DNA of 64,000 nt from assembly GCA_943356745.1 (NCBI GenBank), contig CALRFT010000001.1:75946-139945 (forward strand). Direction: 5' to 3'. This DNA comes from Parcubacteria group bacterium (lineage in GTDB: Bacteria; Patescibacteriota; Minisyncoccia; Phycocordibacterales; CSBR16-119). This document shows positions 9,986 to 17,968 of the stretch, piece by piece (position 1 is the stretch's first letter; every line of letters starts with the position of its first letter). The notes under the pieces were generated by a model. It saw nothing but the letters and a program-made list of their open reading frames with translations. It made no database searches and was not told where the DNA came from. The position numbers and the translations under genes are program-made.

Positions 9986-10215
9986 GTTTTATATTTTAAC
10001 TTAGATTTATAAATTTAAATAGTTAATTTAAATTAATATAAAAATATTACTTCTTGTCAACACAAACTCCGACCTATCATATTTTGCTTTGAGAAAGAAA
10101 TAAATAAAAAATGCAACAGACTCAACCAAAGTTTTAATTTTGTTTTATTGAAATAAATCCCACTACCGAACTACCTTTTTACAAAAGCTCTTTAATTTTT
10201 GACTTAGGAAGTATT

Positions 10216-10372
10216 AAAAACCACCCGAAGTTTTGGATGGTTTTTAAATAGCTTGTATATTTTATTATAAATATTAATATTTTAGAAATTTTAAATTAAC
10301 TTATGGTTAATAATCTAAATTCTGTAAAGTTATATAATTCCTAGTAACTAAACCAAAATATCCATTAGCCGG
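10216..10372. repeat. second copy of the ~157-bp 3′-end/terminator repeat (see 7195..7351)
   Basis: Sequence identity; differs by a few substitutions and one T indel. Confidence 0.85.
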
Positions 10373-13300
10373 AACTATACTGTTCGCTTTTTGATATGAA
10401 CTGAGTGCGTTTTTTGTTTGTTGTCCGAAGAATCCTGTTGCCCCTGCCGGGATTGAGTACCCTGCCTTAATCAGAAGTTCTTGAAGTTTCATAACATCAG
10501 CTCCACTCATTCCCAACTCTAGATCTCGTGAGTTTTGAGATGTTGCTGGTGAATTTGTATTTACGGCTGCTGAATTTTTGTTAATAAACGCTTTTGTGAT
10601 TGGTCCGAATACCCCAAGCGCTGGTGATATACCATTTGCTTTCTGGAATCGTGCAAGAGCTTGTCTTGTGAGTTCACCAAATGTATCTGTCTCATTATCA
10701 AGTGAGCCGGGACCGCTTAGCGCTACAGGGAAACCGTTTGTATTTAGGAAACGTTGCAGTTCGCGAGTAGTTGATACGTTCGGGCCAGCAGTGTTTGTAT
10801 TCGAGTTTGAAGTTTCTTGGTTCTCATCTTCATTTCCTCTTCTATCATCGTCATCATCTGAAACATCTTGTTTTTCTATTTTTCGAATTTGCTTCCTAGA
10901 CCCGCTTGAACTAATTCTATTTCTATTCACACTTGATATAGTTGCAGGATACGCATCTTCTCCTTCACCACTCCAATAATAAGTCCCAAGTGTGGTTTGA
11001 CTAAATGGACGATCCTCACCACTTTCAGCATATCCATTACCATTTGTGTCGATAATATTAAACACTGTCCAAGCACCTTCTCCATTCAATAGTCGATATG
11101 TGTTTCCTGAATCAGAATCATTAAAAACAACATTCTCAATATCTTCTGTATGGATCCATTGCTCTGCGTGAATATTATTTCCGATGAAACTACTGTCAGA
11201 AACAAAATATAAATCAATACCTTTTATAGAATCATAAACTTCTACTAATTCATATTCAGTACCTCCTGAAAAGTCAGCTCGGTATGAAGACGGTTCGTCA
11301 ATTTTAATACCTGCTCTGTATAAATCTCCAGCTTCAACATCATATGCACCAGTAAACATATCGTAGTAGTACCCTTGGAAATTCATTTCTATAAAGTTCC
11401 ATTGCACTTCTCCATCTGGATAGAGTACTACTTGAAAATGTATCGGGTACGTAGCTGAGTTATAATCAGATAAAGTTGACCCAAACCATTCGACTACCAC
11501 ATACTCATCATCTGGACTAAACACAGCAACATAATCCCCTTCAACAGATTCAGTTGTAAGTCCATCAAAACTTGCGAATAGCACATCTGCACTTAGGAAG
11601 TTTTTGTGATCACCATAGTCCGTGCAAATTGAACAAGATTCTGCTTCTTCAAGTAATTCAATAGATCCATTCACGTTGACTTCTATTGCGACAATATCGC
11701 GTCCTTGGAAATTGAAAGTGAATGGCAATGTGTGTGTAAATGAAGCATACGAAACACTATAGCTTTCATCAGCATCAAGAATATCAAGTGCTATAGATTC
11801 TGTATCAACTGATGGAATCTCAAGAAACTCACTTATCGTTGGCGTAATTGTGTTTTCACTAAATGTCACCTCTGAAGAGTCTCCAACATCAATACCGCTA
11901 CCGGAAACGTTTAACGTATTCCCTGTAATAATCGCACCGTCTGTATCAACTATTTCAATACCATTGTCGTTAATATTAGTTAGTACATTATCAGTAACTG
12001 TAATATCACTGTTTCGCCCTTCATCAGAATCAAAATCAATACCATCACCGTTTTCTACTCCATCAATTGTATTTTCAGAAATCAAAACATTCACACTATC
12101 TTCAAAATATATTCCATCACTATAAATATTAGTGAATGAGTTATTAGTTATCTCAGCATTCTCAACAACGTACATTGAAATACCGTCGTCATCTGTGTCT
12201 GATATCTCATTTTCTGTTACAACAAGATCGGTAATATAATCAAGATTCATACCGTGCCCTCCAGTACCTGACACAACAACATTTTGAATGACAATATCAC
12301 TGTTATAAATTTCTCCATCAAAACTATCATTGTAGGTTCTAAAAGTAAGACCGAAATCATAAGTATCAGCGATTGTACTATCTGAAATAGTCATTCCAGA
12401 TACGCCGCGTAACTCAATTCCGTCATCAGCCATATCACTAATGGTGACGTCTGTAATTATTGATGTACCTTGAGAATTATATAACTTAATTCCGTCATCA
12501 AATGCATCTAGAGTGATGTTTGAAATACTAATGCTATCATAACCAATACCAAAAATTGCATTCTCCCCATCTCCTATATTGCTACTTATCGTATGACCAG
12601 CACCATCAATAAATACATTGTCTGCTTCAATTGTAATACAATCTCCAAACACACCACTGATATCGTTTTGTAATTCATAATATCCAGATGCATCAACATC
12701 AAAACATTGCGTAACTTGGTATGGGTCTTCTGATGTTCCAGTTCCAAGCAATGGATCAAATGATTCCCATAAGAAACTTGGGTAGCCGTCATTTTCTGCA
12801 CTCATTTCCCAAATACTTGAAAAATTCCAAGAAACATCTGTATACGTACTTTGCGTTTTAGCTTGAACAGTAGTTACTTCATTCAATCCTAGACATGCGC
12901 CAGTCTGACACGCAACCTCTTGGGCAATTGATTCACTATCCCAGAATGAATTAGAAATTATCGTGTCTGTGGCATCTTTTGCAAAACCTCCAAAAAATGT
13001 TCCTCCATTATTTATGGTTAGCGCACCTCTTGAATACACGTTAGTAATGTTTGAGCTTGTAACATCAGATGCAAAGGACCCAGCCTGATCATTAGCTGTT
13101 ACTGAGCCGTCTGAGTAAGCATTCACAAACGTTGATACATTTCCATATCCCAAAAATCCTCCAACAACGTTGTTTCCCACAACATTTCCATGTGCAGCAA
13201 CTTGCGTAAATGTAGAACCAGGACCTTCGCATGCATCGTACCCAGTAAATCCTCCGACATAACTATTACCTGATTCCACATTTCCAGATGCAGACACTCT

Positions 13301-14506
13301 TAAAAACGAACTCTCACAAAATGAAGCTCCGACAAATCCCCCAGCATAACTTCCTATGGAAGTTACTTCTCCTGTAGCAATGGAATCTATAATTGTCGAA
13401 GTATAAATATTTCCAGCAAAACCTCCGACATACTCATTTCCAGAAACAATTCCACTTGCAGAACTGTCTGAAATTTGAGAGCTGCCTTGAACCTCTCCCG
13501 CAAATCCACCGGCATAATTTCCCTCAGCCGTTACTGATCCACTGGCTGTTGAGTCTTCGATTGTTGAACCATAAATTCTTCCAGCAAATCCTCCAGTATA
13601 AAAGCCATTCTTAGAGAAGAACTCAAGATATAAATCATCACCATCATTTGAAACGACATCTCCCGTGGCGTCAACATTATCAATACTAGAAGCTTCAACC
13701 TCCCCAAACGCACCTCCTACGTATTCACCTCCGTCAATATCTGCACTTGTACTACTGTTTGTGACAGTACTGTTATTTACTTCACCCACCAGTCCTCCAA
13801 TAACATTTCCAGATCCATGTACTGTACCACCAGTTACTGTGAGCTGTGTTGCTGTACTTCCATTAGCAATTTCTCCAGCAATACCTCCTCCATCGTAGGC
13901 CAAGTATGCTCGAACCATTCCTGTGTTATTTGTAAGGTTTTGTAGACCAACCCCTGAACCGTATCCCAGAAATCCCCCAGTACTTGATTGCCCAACAATT
14001 TGTGCATTGTCTAATATTACATTTTTAATTATTGCATTTGTCGCATAACCAATCAGACCTGCATAATCTTGATTTTTTCTAAATATCCACAAATTAGAGA
14101 TTGTGTGATTTTGACCATCAAGTGTTCCTGTAAAACCGTTTCCACTACCATTTAATGCATCATCTCGCCCAATCGGCTCAAATCCAAAGTATCCATTATT
14201 AACAACACCAACATATTCATCATCAATCAATGTTCCGCCCACCACACCGTCCACCCACTCATCAACATTTTCATTCCATGTCGCAGTTGCTGCACAGTCA
14301 ATGTCATTTCCAAGTTTATAGTACGCATCAAACTCCCCATTCATTTCCTGAAGTTGTGTACAGTTTGTGATAATAAATGCAGTTTCAATAGACAAACCAT
14401 CACCCGCACCTGAGAAAGCAAATATCTGATTTGCCGAAAATAATAATACTAATAAAAATAACCCTCTAAAAATTACTTGGTAAGATTTTTTGATTAAATG
14501 CACCAT
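10307..14506 (-). CDS. giant surface adhesin (1399 aa): signal peptide, GLUG-motif repeats, right-handed beta-helix (PbH1) repeats, acidic linker, two C-terminal peptidoglycan-binding domains
   Basis: Repeated (Y/V)xGGF(A/V/L)G motifs; NxxGxxxxxN beta-helix repeats; DDDDD linker; two PG_binding_1-like domains. Confidence 0.8.
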   Translation of the reverse strand: MVHLIKKSYQVIFRGLFLLVLLFSANQIFAFSGAGDGLSIETAFIITNCTQLQEMNGEFDAYYKLGNDIDCAATATWNENVDEWVDGVVGGTLIDDEYVGVVNNGYFGFEPIGRDDALNGSGNGFTGTLDGQNHTISNLWIFRKNQDYAGLIGYATNAIIKNVILDNAQIVGQSSTGGFLGYGSGVGLQNLTNNTGMVRAYLAYDGGGIAGEIANGSTATQLTVTGGTVHGSGNVIGGLVGEVNNSTVTNSSTSADIDGGEYVGGAFGEVEASSIDNVDATGDVVSNDGDDLYLEFFSKNGFYTGGFAGRIYGSTIEDSTASGSVTAEGNYAGGFAGEVQGSSQISDSSASGIVSGNEYVGGFAGNIYTSTIIDSIATGEVTSIGSYAGGFVGASFCESSFLRVSASGNVESGNSYVGGFTGYDACEGPGSTFTQVAAHGNVVGNNVVGGFLGYGNVSTFVNAYSDGSVTANDQAGSFASDVTSSNITNVYSRGALTINNGGTFFGGFAKDATDTIISNSFWDSESIAQEVACQTGACLGLNEVTTVQAKTQSTYTDVSWNFSSIWEMSAENDGYPSFLWESFDPLLGTGTSEDPYQVTQCFDVDASGYYELQNDISGVFGDCITIEADNVFIDGAGHTISSNIGDGENAIFGIGYDSISISNITLDAFDDGIKLYNSQGTSIITDVTISDMADDGIELRGVSGMTISDSTIADTYDFGLTFRTYNDSFDGEIYNSDIVIQNVVVSGTGGHGMNLDYITDLVVTENEISDTDDDGISMYVVENAEITNNSFTNIYSDGIYFEDSVNVLISENTIDGVENGDGIDFDSDEGRNSDITVTDNVLTNINDNGIEIVDTDGAIITGNTLNVSGSGIDVGDSSEVTFSENTITPTISEFLEIPSVDTESIALDILDADESYSVSYASFTHTLPFTFNFQGRDIVAIEVNVNGSIELLEEAESCSICTDYGDHKNFLSADVLFASFDGLTTESVEGDYVAVFSPDDEYVVVEWFGSTLSDYNSATYPIHFQVVLYPDGEVQWNFIEMNFQGYYYDMFTGAYDVEAGDLYRAGIKIDEPSSYRADFSGGTEYELVEVYDSIKGIDLYFVSDSSFIGNNIHAEQWIHTEDIENVVFNDSDSGNTYRLLNGEGAWTVFNIIDTNGNGYAESGEDRPFSQTTLGTYYWSGEGEDAYPATISSVNRNRISSSGSRKQIRKIEKQDVSDDDDDRRGNEDENQETSNSNTNTAGPNVSTTRELQRFLNTNGFPVALSGPGSLDNETDTFGELTRQALARFQKANGISPALGVFGPITKAFINKNSAAVNTNSPATSQNSRDLELGMSGADVMKLQELLIKAGYSIPAGATGFFGQQTKNALSSYQKANSIVPANGYFGLVTRNYITLQNLDY

Positions 14507-14594
14507 TCTTTAATAATAACTTAATTTAAAATATTGTAAAAATTTTTTTAAAATACCTGAATAACTTTTTATTTTTTATTCAACCTCAACAGTA

Positions 14595-14623
14595 AAACCA
14601 CCGATTGTACGATGGTTTTTTGT
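14595..14623 (-). terminator. intrinsic terminator
   Basis: AACCACCGATTGTACGATGGTTT hairpin + T-run. Confidence 0.6.
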
Positions 14624-14742
14624 TTTACTTTGATTTTTTATTTCTCTGAAATTTCTTTAAGTTTATCCAAAACTTTTGGCCACACGCAATCAAATAATTT
14701 ATCTTTTATATGAGAATATTTAATAAGCTAGCAAAACTATTT

Positions 14743-16500
14743 TTAAAAATAAGAAACTTGCCCTGTCTTAGAAATAGCTCCTCCAGAAATTGGAGAAAAT
14801 GTTTTTGGATTATCACTCTTATAAGCAGATCGGTCGATTGAAAGTATAGGTAATTCTGAACTGCCTCGAGCTATCCCGTCTTCATCACTGTGTCCATGAA
14901 TAACAAGATTTACTCCGAAAGATTTAAGTTTTGTCTCCAACTCCTTTTTTTGTTCCGCTGTAAGATTGGAATCTTCAGAGAAATTTATTCTTGATTTTGA
15001 ACTAGTCGAGATAAAGGTATCTCGCAATATATTAAAATTTGTAACCTGTGATGAACTTAAGGATTCTTGATTATCATCAAGATATGCTTCTAAGCAGTTT
15101 TGATAGAAAGTATTTATTTTAGTAATTGCATCTGAAATACTTTGACCTTCACTTATATTTTTCTCAATAATTCCCACCATTTCTTTTGTAAGATTTGTAT
15201 GAACATACAATGTGTCATCATACATTTGTATCAATTGTTGATTTTTGAGTGATTCTATTATTTCAGGCTGGGTTGTTCTTATATTTTCTTTAATTGAAGA
15301 TCTATTTTCTAAAATAGATGCACCTATTAGATTTTGAATACTACTTGGCATATGTTCAGACATCAACAGAATTTGCCTGATGCTAATTGGTGCAGAATCT
15401 ATATTTTCTATTAAGTTTTTATTAGTATTCAAGTCAGCTAACAAATTTTCTCGCGTTGAAATTTCTTTCGGGTCAAAATTATTTGTTTTCATGTGACGCA
15501 AGGTTCGCTCTTTTACTTGTATAACATTTTCCAACTCCTTAAGAATAATATCTTTTTTATTCACGACTTCAGAAATAATACTATCTCGTATTTGTTGTGG
15601 TAAAAATTCAGCAAGTTCAAGATTACCTGAATATTGAGTCAATCTGTCTTTCATATCTTTCTCAACAGGAGTTCCAAATTCAGTTGAAAAACCGCCAAGT
15701 ACAGCATTAAACATATTTTCATGATTACCAGAAAGCCAAACAACATCTCCTCCAGACTGCTCTGCAAGTTTTTTGAGCTTCAACAAATCAGAGTACACAC
15801 GCAAACCATCTGGAGTTCTGTCTCCGAGTATGTCTCCAACAAAAACAACTTTCTTATCTTGACCCGTCCAAGACATTTCACCATTTTCAAAAGTTGCCAA
15901 ATTTCTGTTTACTAAATGAGCAACAAAACTTTCATATGAACCATTCAGATCTCCTATTGGTTCTTGTTCGTGCTCACGGTATCTTTCTGGTAATTGAATA
16001 TTTTTTTCAAAACTAACTTTTTCTTCTAATTCCAAATTACTTTCCTGTACTGTTTCTACTGGTTCCGCCGTTGAAGTTTCTATTCCAATTTGTTTTTTAA
16101 GTTCTTGAATTTTTACTTCTTCCTCAACCTGAGCTGACATTTTTTGTTCTTTTTTATTCCAATCCAATTCACTAAAATGTAGTATCGCTTTTCTTATTCT
16201 TGCATTTTTAGCATTTTCTTCTTCACTTGTAGAAAGCGTTTGTTGAGCTAAAAAATCTTCCAATACGGGAAAATCAAAAGGATTATTTGTATTGTCCCGA
16301 CAGTTGTATGGAACAAGTCTGTATGCCTCTTGTTTCAAAGCATTAAAAACAGCCCCGTCTTCTCGTACTCCTTCAAGAATGTCTTCTATTGTTTGTTGTC
16401 CATTCTCAATTCTTTCAAAATATTCTTGTACTTTTAAAGAAAAAGGGTTTACCTGCTCTTTTTCATTTGTAGTTTCTGGTGTTTTTTTAGGATTTTCCAT
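14743..16500 (-). CDS. calcineurin-like metallophosphoesterase with ~230-aa insertion between metal-binding motifs
   Basis: GDILGDR (GDxxDR), LSGNHE (GNHE), VIHGHS (GH) motifs. Confidence 0.7.
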   Translation of the reverse strand: MENPKKTPETTNEKEQVNPFSLKVQEYFERIENGQQTIEDILEGVREDGAVFNALKQEAYRLVPYNCRDNTNNPFDFPVLEDFLAQQTLSTSEEENAKNARIRKAILHFSELDWNKKEQKMSAQVEEEVKIQELKKQIGIETSTAEPVETVQESNLELEEKVSFEKNIQLPERYREHEQEPIGDLNGSYESFVAHLVNRNLATFENGEMSWTGQDKKVVFVGDILGDRTPDGLRVYSDLLKLKKLAEQSGGDVVWLSGNHENMFNAVLGGFSTEFGTPVEKDMKDRLTQYSGNLELAEFLPQQIRDSIISEVVNKKDIILKELENVIQVKERTLRHMKTNNFDPKEISTRENLLADLNTNKNLIENIDSAPISIRQILLMSEHMPSSIQNLIGASILENRSSIKENIRTTQPEIIESLKNQQLIQMYDDTLYVHTNLTKEMVGIIEKNISEGQSISDAITKINTFYQNCLEAYLDDNQESLSSSQVTNFNILRDTFISTSSKSRINFSEDSNLTAEQKKELETKLKSFGVNLVIHGHSDEDGIARGSSELPILSIDRSAYKSDNPKTFSPISGGAISKTGQVSYF

Positions 16501-16538
16501 TTTTTTATTATAACAAATTTAGTCAATACAAAAAACAA

Positions 16539-16568
16539 AAAGCACCTGACGTTTCAGGTGCTTTTTAG
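16539..16568 (-). terminator. intrinsic terminator
   Basis: AGCACCTGA-CGTT-TCAGGTGCT + T-run. Confidence 0.7.
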
Positions 16569-16569
16569 A

Positions 16570-17667
16570 TTAGAAATCTCTTTTAAATCTTGGTGAATAT
16601 CGCTCCTCATCAAAATAACTAATCCACTCAGGAACGGAACGCTTTACTTCAGAATCTGCCGCCGCAAATATTTCTATATTTTCATAAAGTAATATTTGCT
16701 GGATCAAATTATAATCATTTTTAGAAAATTTACTCTGAAGATGCGGTATCTCTCTTTGAAAAGTTTCGTGAGACATCCAAAGTATCGGATTATTAATCGC
16801 CACACTTGTGTGATGACACATAACTCCTTGAGGCGCAATCGCAAAATGCATTTCATGTCCCAAAACTCCTTTTGCTTGTTGAATTAAAAATTTTTTATCA
16901 ATTCTTCTTTGAGAGTTTGAGATAATCCGATTAGTTACTTTTAAAGCATATTCATTCAATGTTCGAGCATAATATTCTGCAAATGACATAGAAAACTCTC
17001 CATTATCTGGAAGGTATTGAGTAAGTGATCCACGAAGACCTTTGCCATCTCCCTCGTTCCAAAAATCTCTGACCAAAGATCCCAAGTAAACTGAATTGTT
17101 TAATTCAATTTGTCCAATATCTCTCTCTAGGTTTTTTAAAGGAACAAGATTTGAACGTATCTCAAAAACAAATTCTCCTTTTTCCTCTAAAAGTTTTTTT
17201 ACAAAAACCCCACGTGCAATTTCAGAGATTAACATCTTCTCAAATTCTCCGACATACAATTGTTCAGGAACAATTGTCATTCGAAACGTTTGAAGTTTTT
17301 GAGAGAAAAAAGTAGTTAGGAACCATTCAATTCTTTCAACTGTCTCTAAAGCAAGCTCGTATACATTTGTATTACCACTACTTACCTTTGAAAGATTCAA
17401 CGCTCCAAACTCTTGCACCAAGCCATGGTTTTTCATTTGAGGAACAAGACCAAACGAAGATTGGTCATTTGGACCAGAATAGAAAAGTCTATACTGCTTT
17501 TTTCTTTGTCCAATAAATTTTTCAAAAGCCGAGAAAGATGCTTGCACATTTGGATCAATGATTAAACTTGTGGTTTTTTCTTCACGACGAGCCAATGGAC
17601 ACGGTGGACAACCTTGTTCGCAGCTTCGTTCAGCTGGGAAAATTTCTACAGTTGGTAGTGGTTTCAT
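16570..17667 (-). CDS. hypothetical protein with N-terminal CX3CX2C cysteine cluster and HEMHF (HExxH) motif; ORF-track extension to TTG at 17718 runs through the heptamer repeat
   Basis: ATG at 17665-17667 (MKPLPTV…); motifs CEQGCPPC and LGHEMHF. Confidence 0.55.
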   Translation of the reverse strand: MKPLPTVEIFPAERSCEQGCPPCPLARREEKTTSLIIDPNVQASFSAFEKFIGQRKKQYRLFYSGPNDQSSFGLVPQMKNHGLVQEFGALNLSKVSSGNTNVYELALETVERIEWFLTTFFSQKLQTFRMTIVPEQLYVGEFEKMLISEIARGVFVKKLLEEKGEFVFEIRSNLVPLKNLERDIGQIELNNSVYLGSLVRDFWNEGDGKGLRGSLTQYLPDNGEFSMSFAEYYARTLNEYALKVTNRIISNSQRRIDKKFLIQQAKGVLGHEMHFAIAPQGVMCHHTSVAINNPILWMSHETFQREIPHLQSKFSKNDYNLIQQILLYENIEIFAAADSEVKRSVPEWISYFDEERYSPRFKRDF

Positions 17668-17710
17668 TTGTATTTTGTATTTTGTATTTTGTATTTTGTA
17701 TTTTGTATTT
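17667..17710. repeat. heptanucleotide SSR (TTTGTAT)6 = (ATACAAA)6 on the gene strand, abutting the start codon of 16570..17667
   Basis: Six perfect 7-nt units read directly; followed by T5. Confidence 0.9.
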
Positions 17711-17755
17711 TTTCGCAATTTATCATTATATCCTTATTATGTCAATTTATTATAT

Positions 17756-17786
17756 AAAAACCACCCGGAACGTCAGGTGGTTTTTT
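17756..17786 (-). terminator. intrinsic terminator
   Basis: AACCACCCGGAACGTCAGGTGGTT + T-run. Confidence 0.7.
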
Positions 17787-17968
17787 GTTTTACATATTCT
17801 TAATATTATCTACAAGCTCATGGATCAGATAGATATCAATGAATTTGGTATTAAAGAAAAACTGAAAACAGAGGTTGAGAGATTCAAAAAGTTTCAGAAG
17901 TGTACCGTCCACGGGTGTTTGGTAAGTAAGTACAGTACTAATATTATTAATAATCTTGCCTTTTTTCA

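Noticed and set aside
17667-17710. CRISPR array or other interspaced repeat
   Set aside because: The repeat is a simple uninterrupted 7-nt microsatellite with no spacers. No CRISPR-like repeat-spacer architecture or cas genes were seen anywhere in the window.
16570-17718. N-terminal extension of gene 16570..17667 initiating at TTG 17718 and translating the heptamer repeat (NTKYKIQNTKYKIQ)
   Set aside because: An ATG at 17665-17667 gives a plausible N-terminus (MKPLPTV…). The extension would start on a rare TTG inside a simple-sequence repeat. It is kept only as an alternative in the phase-variation finding.
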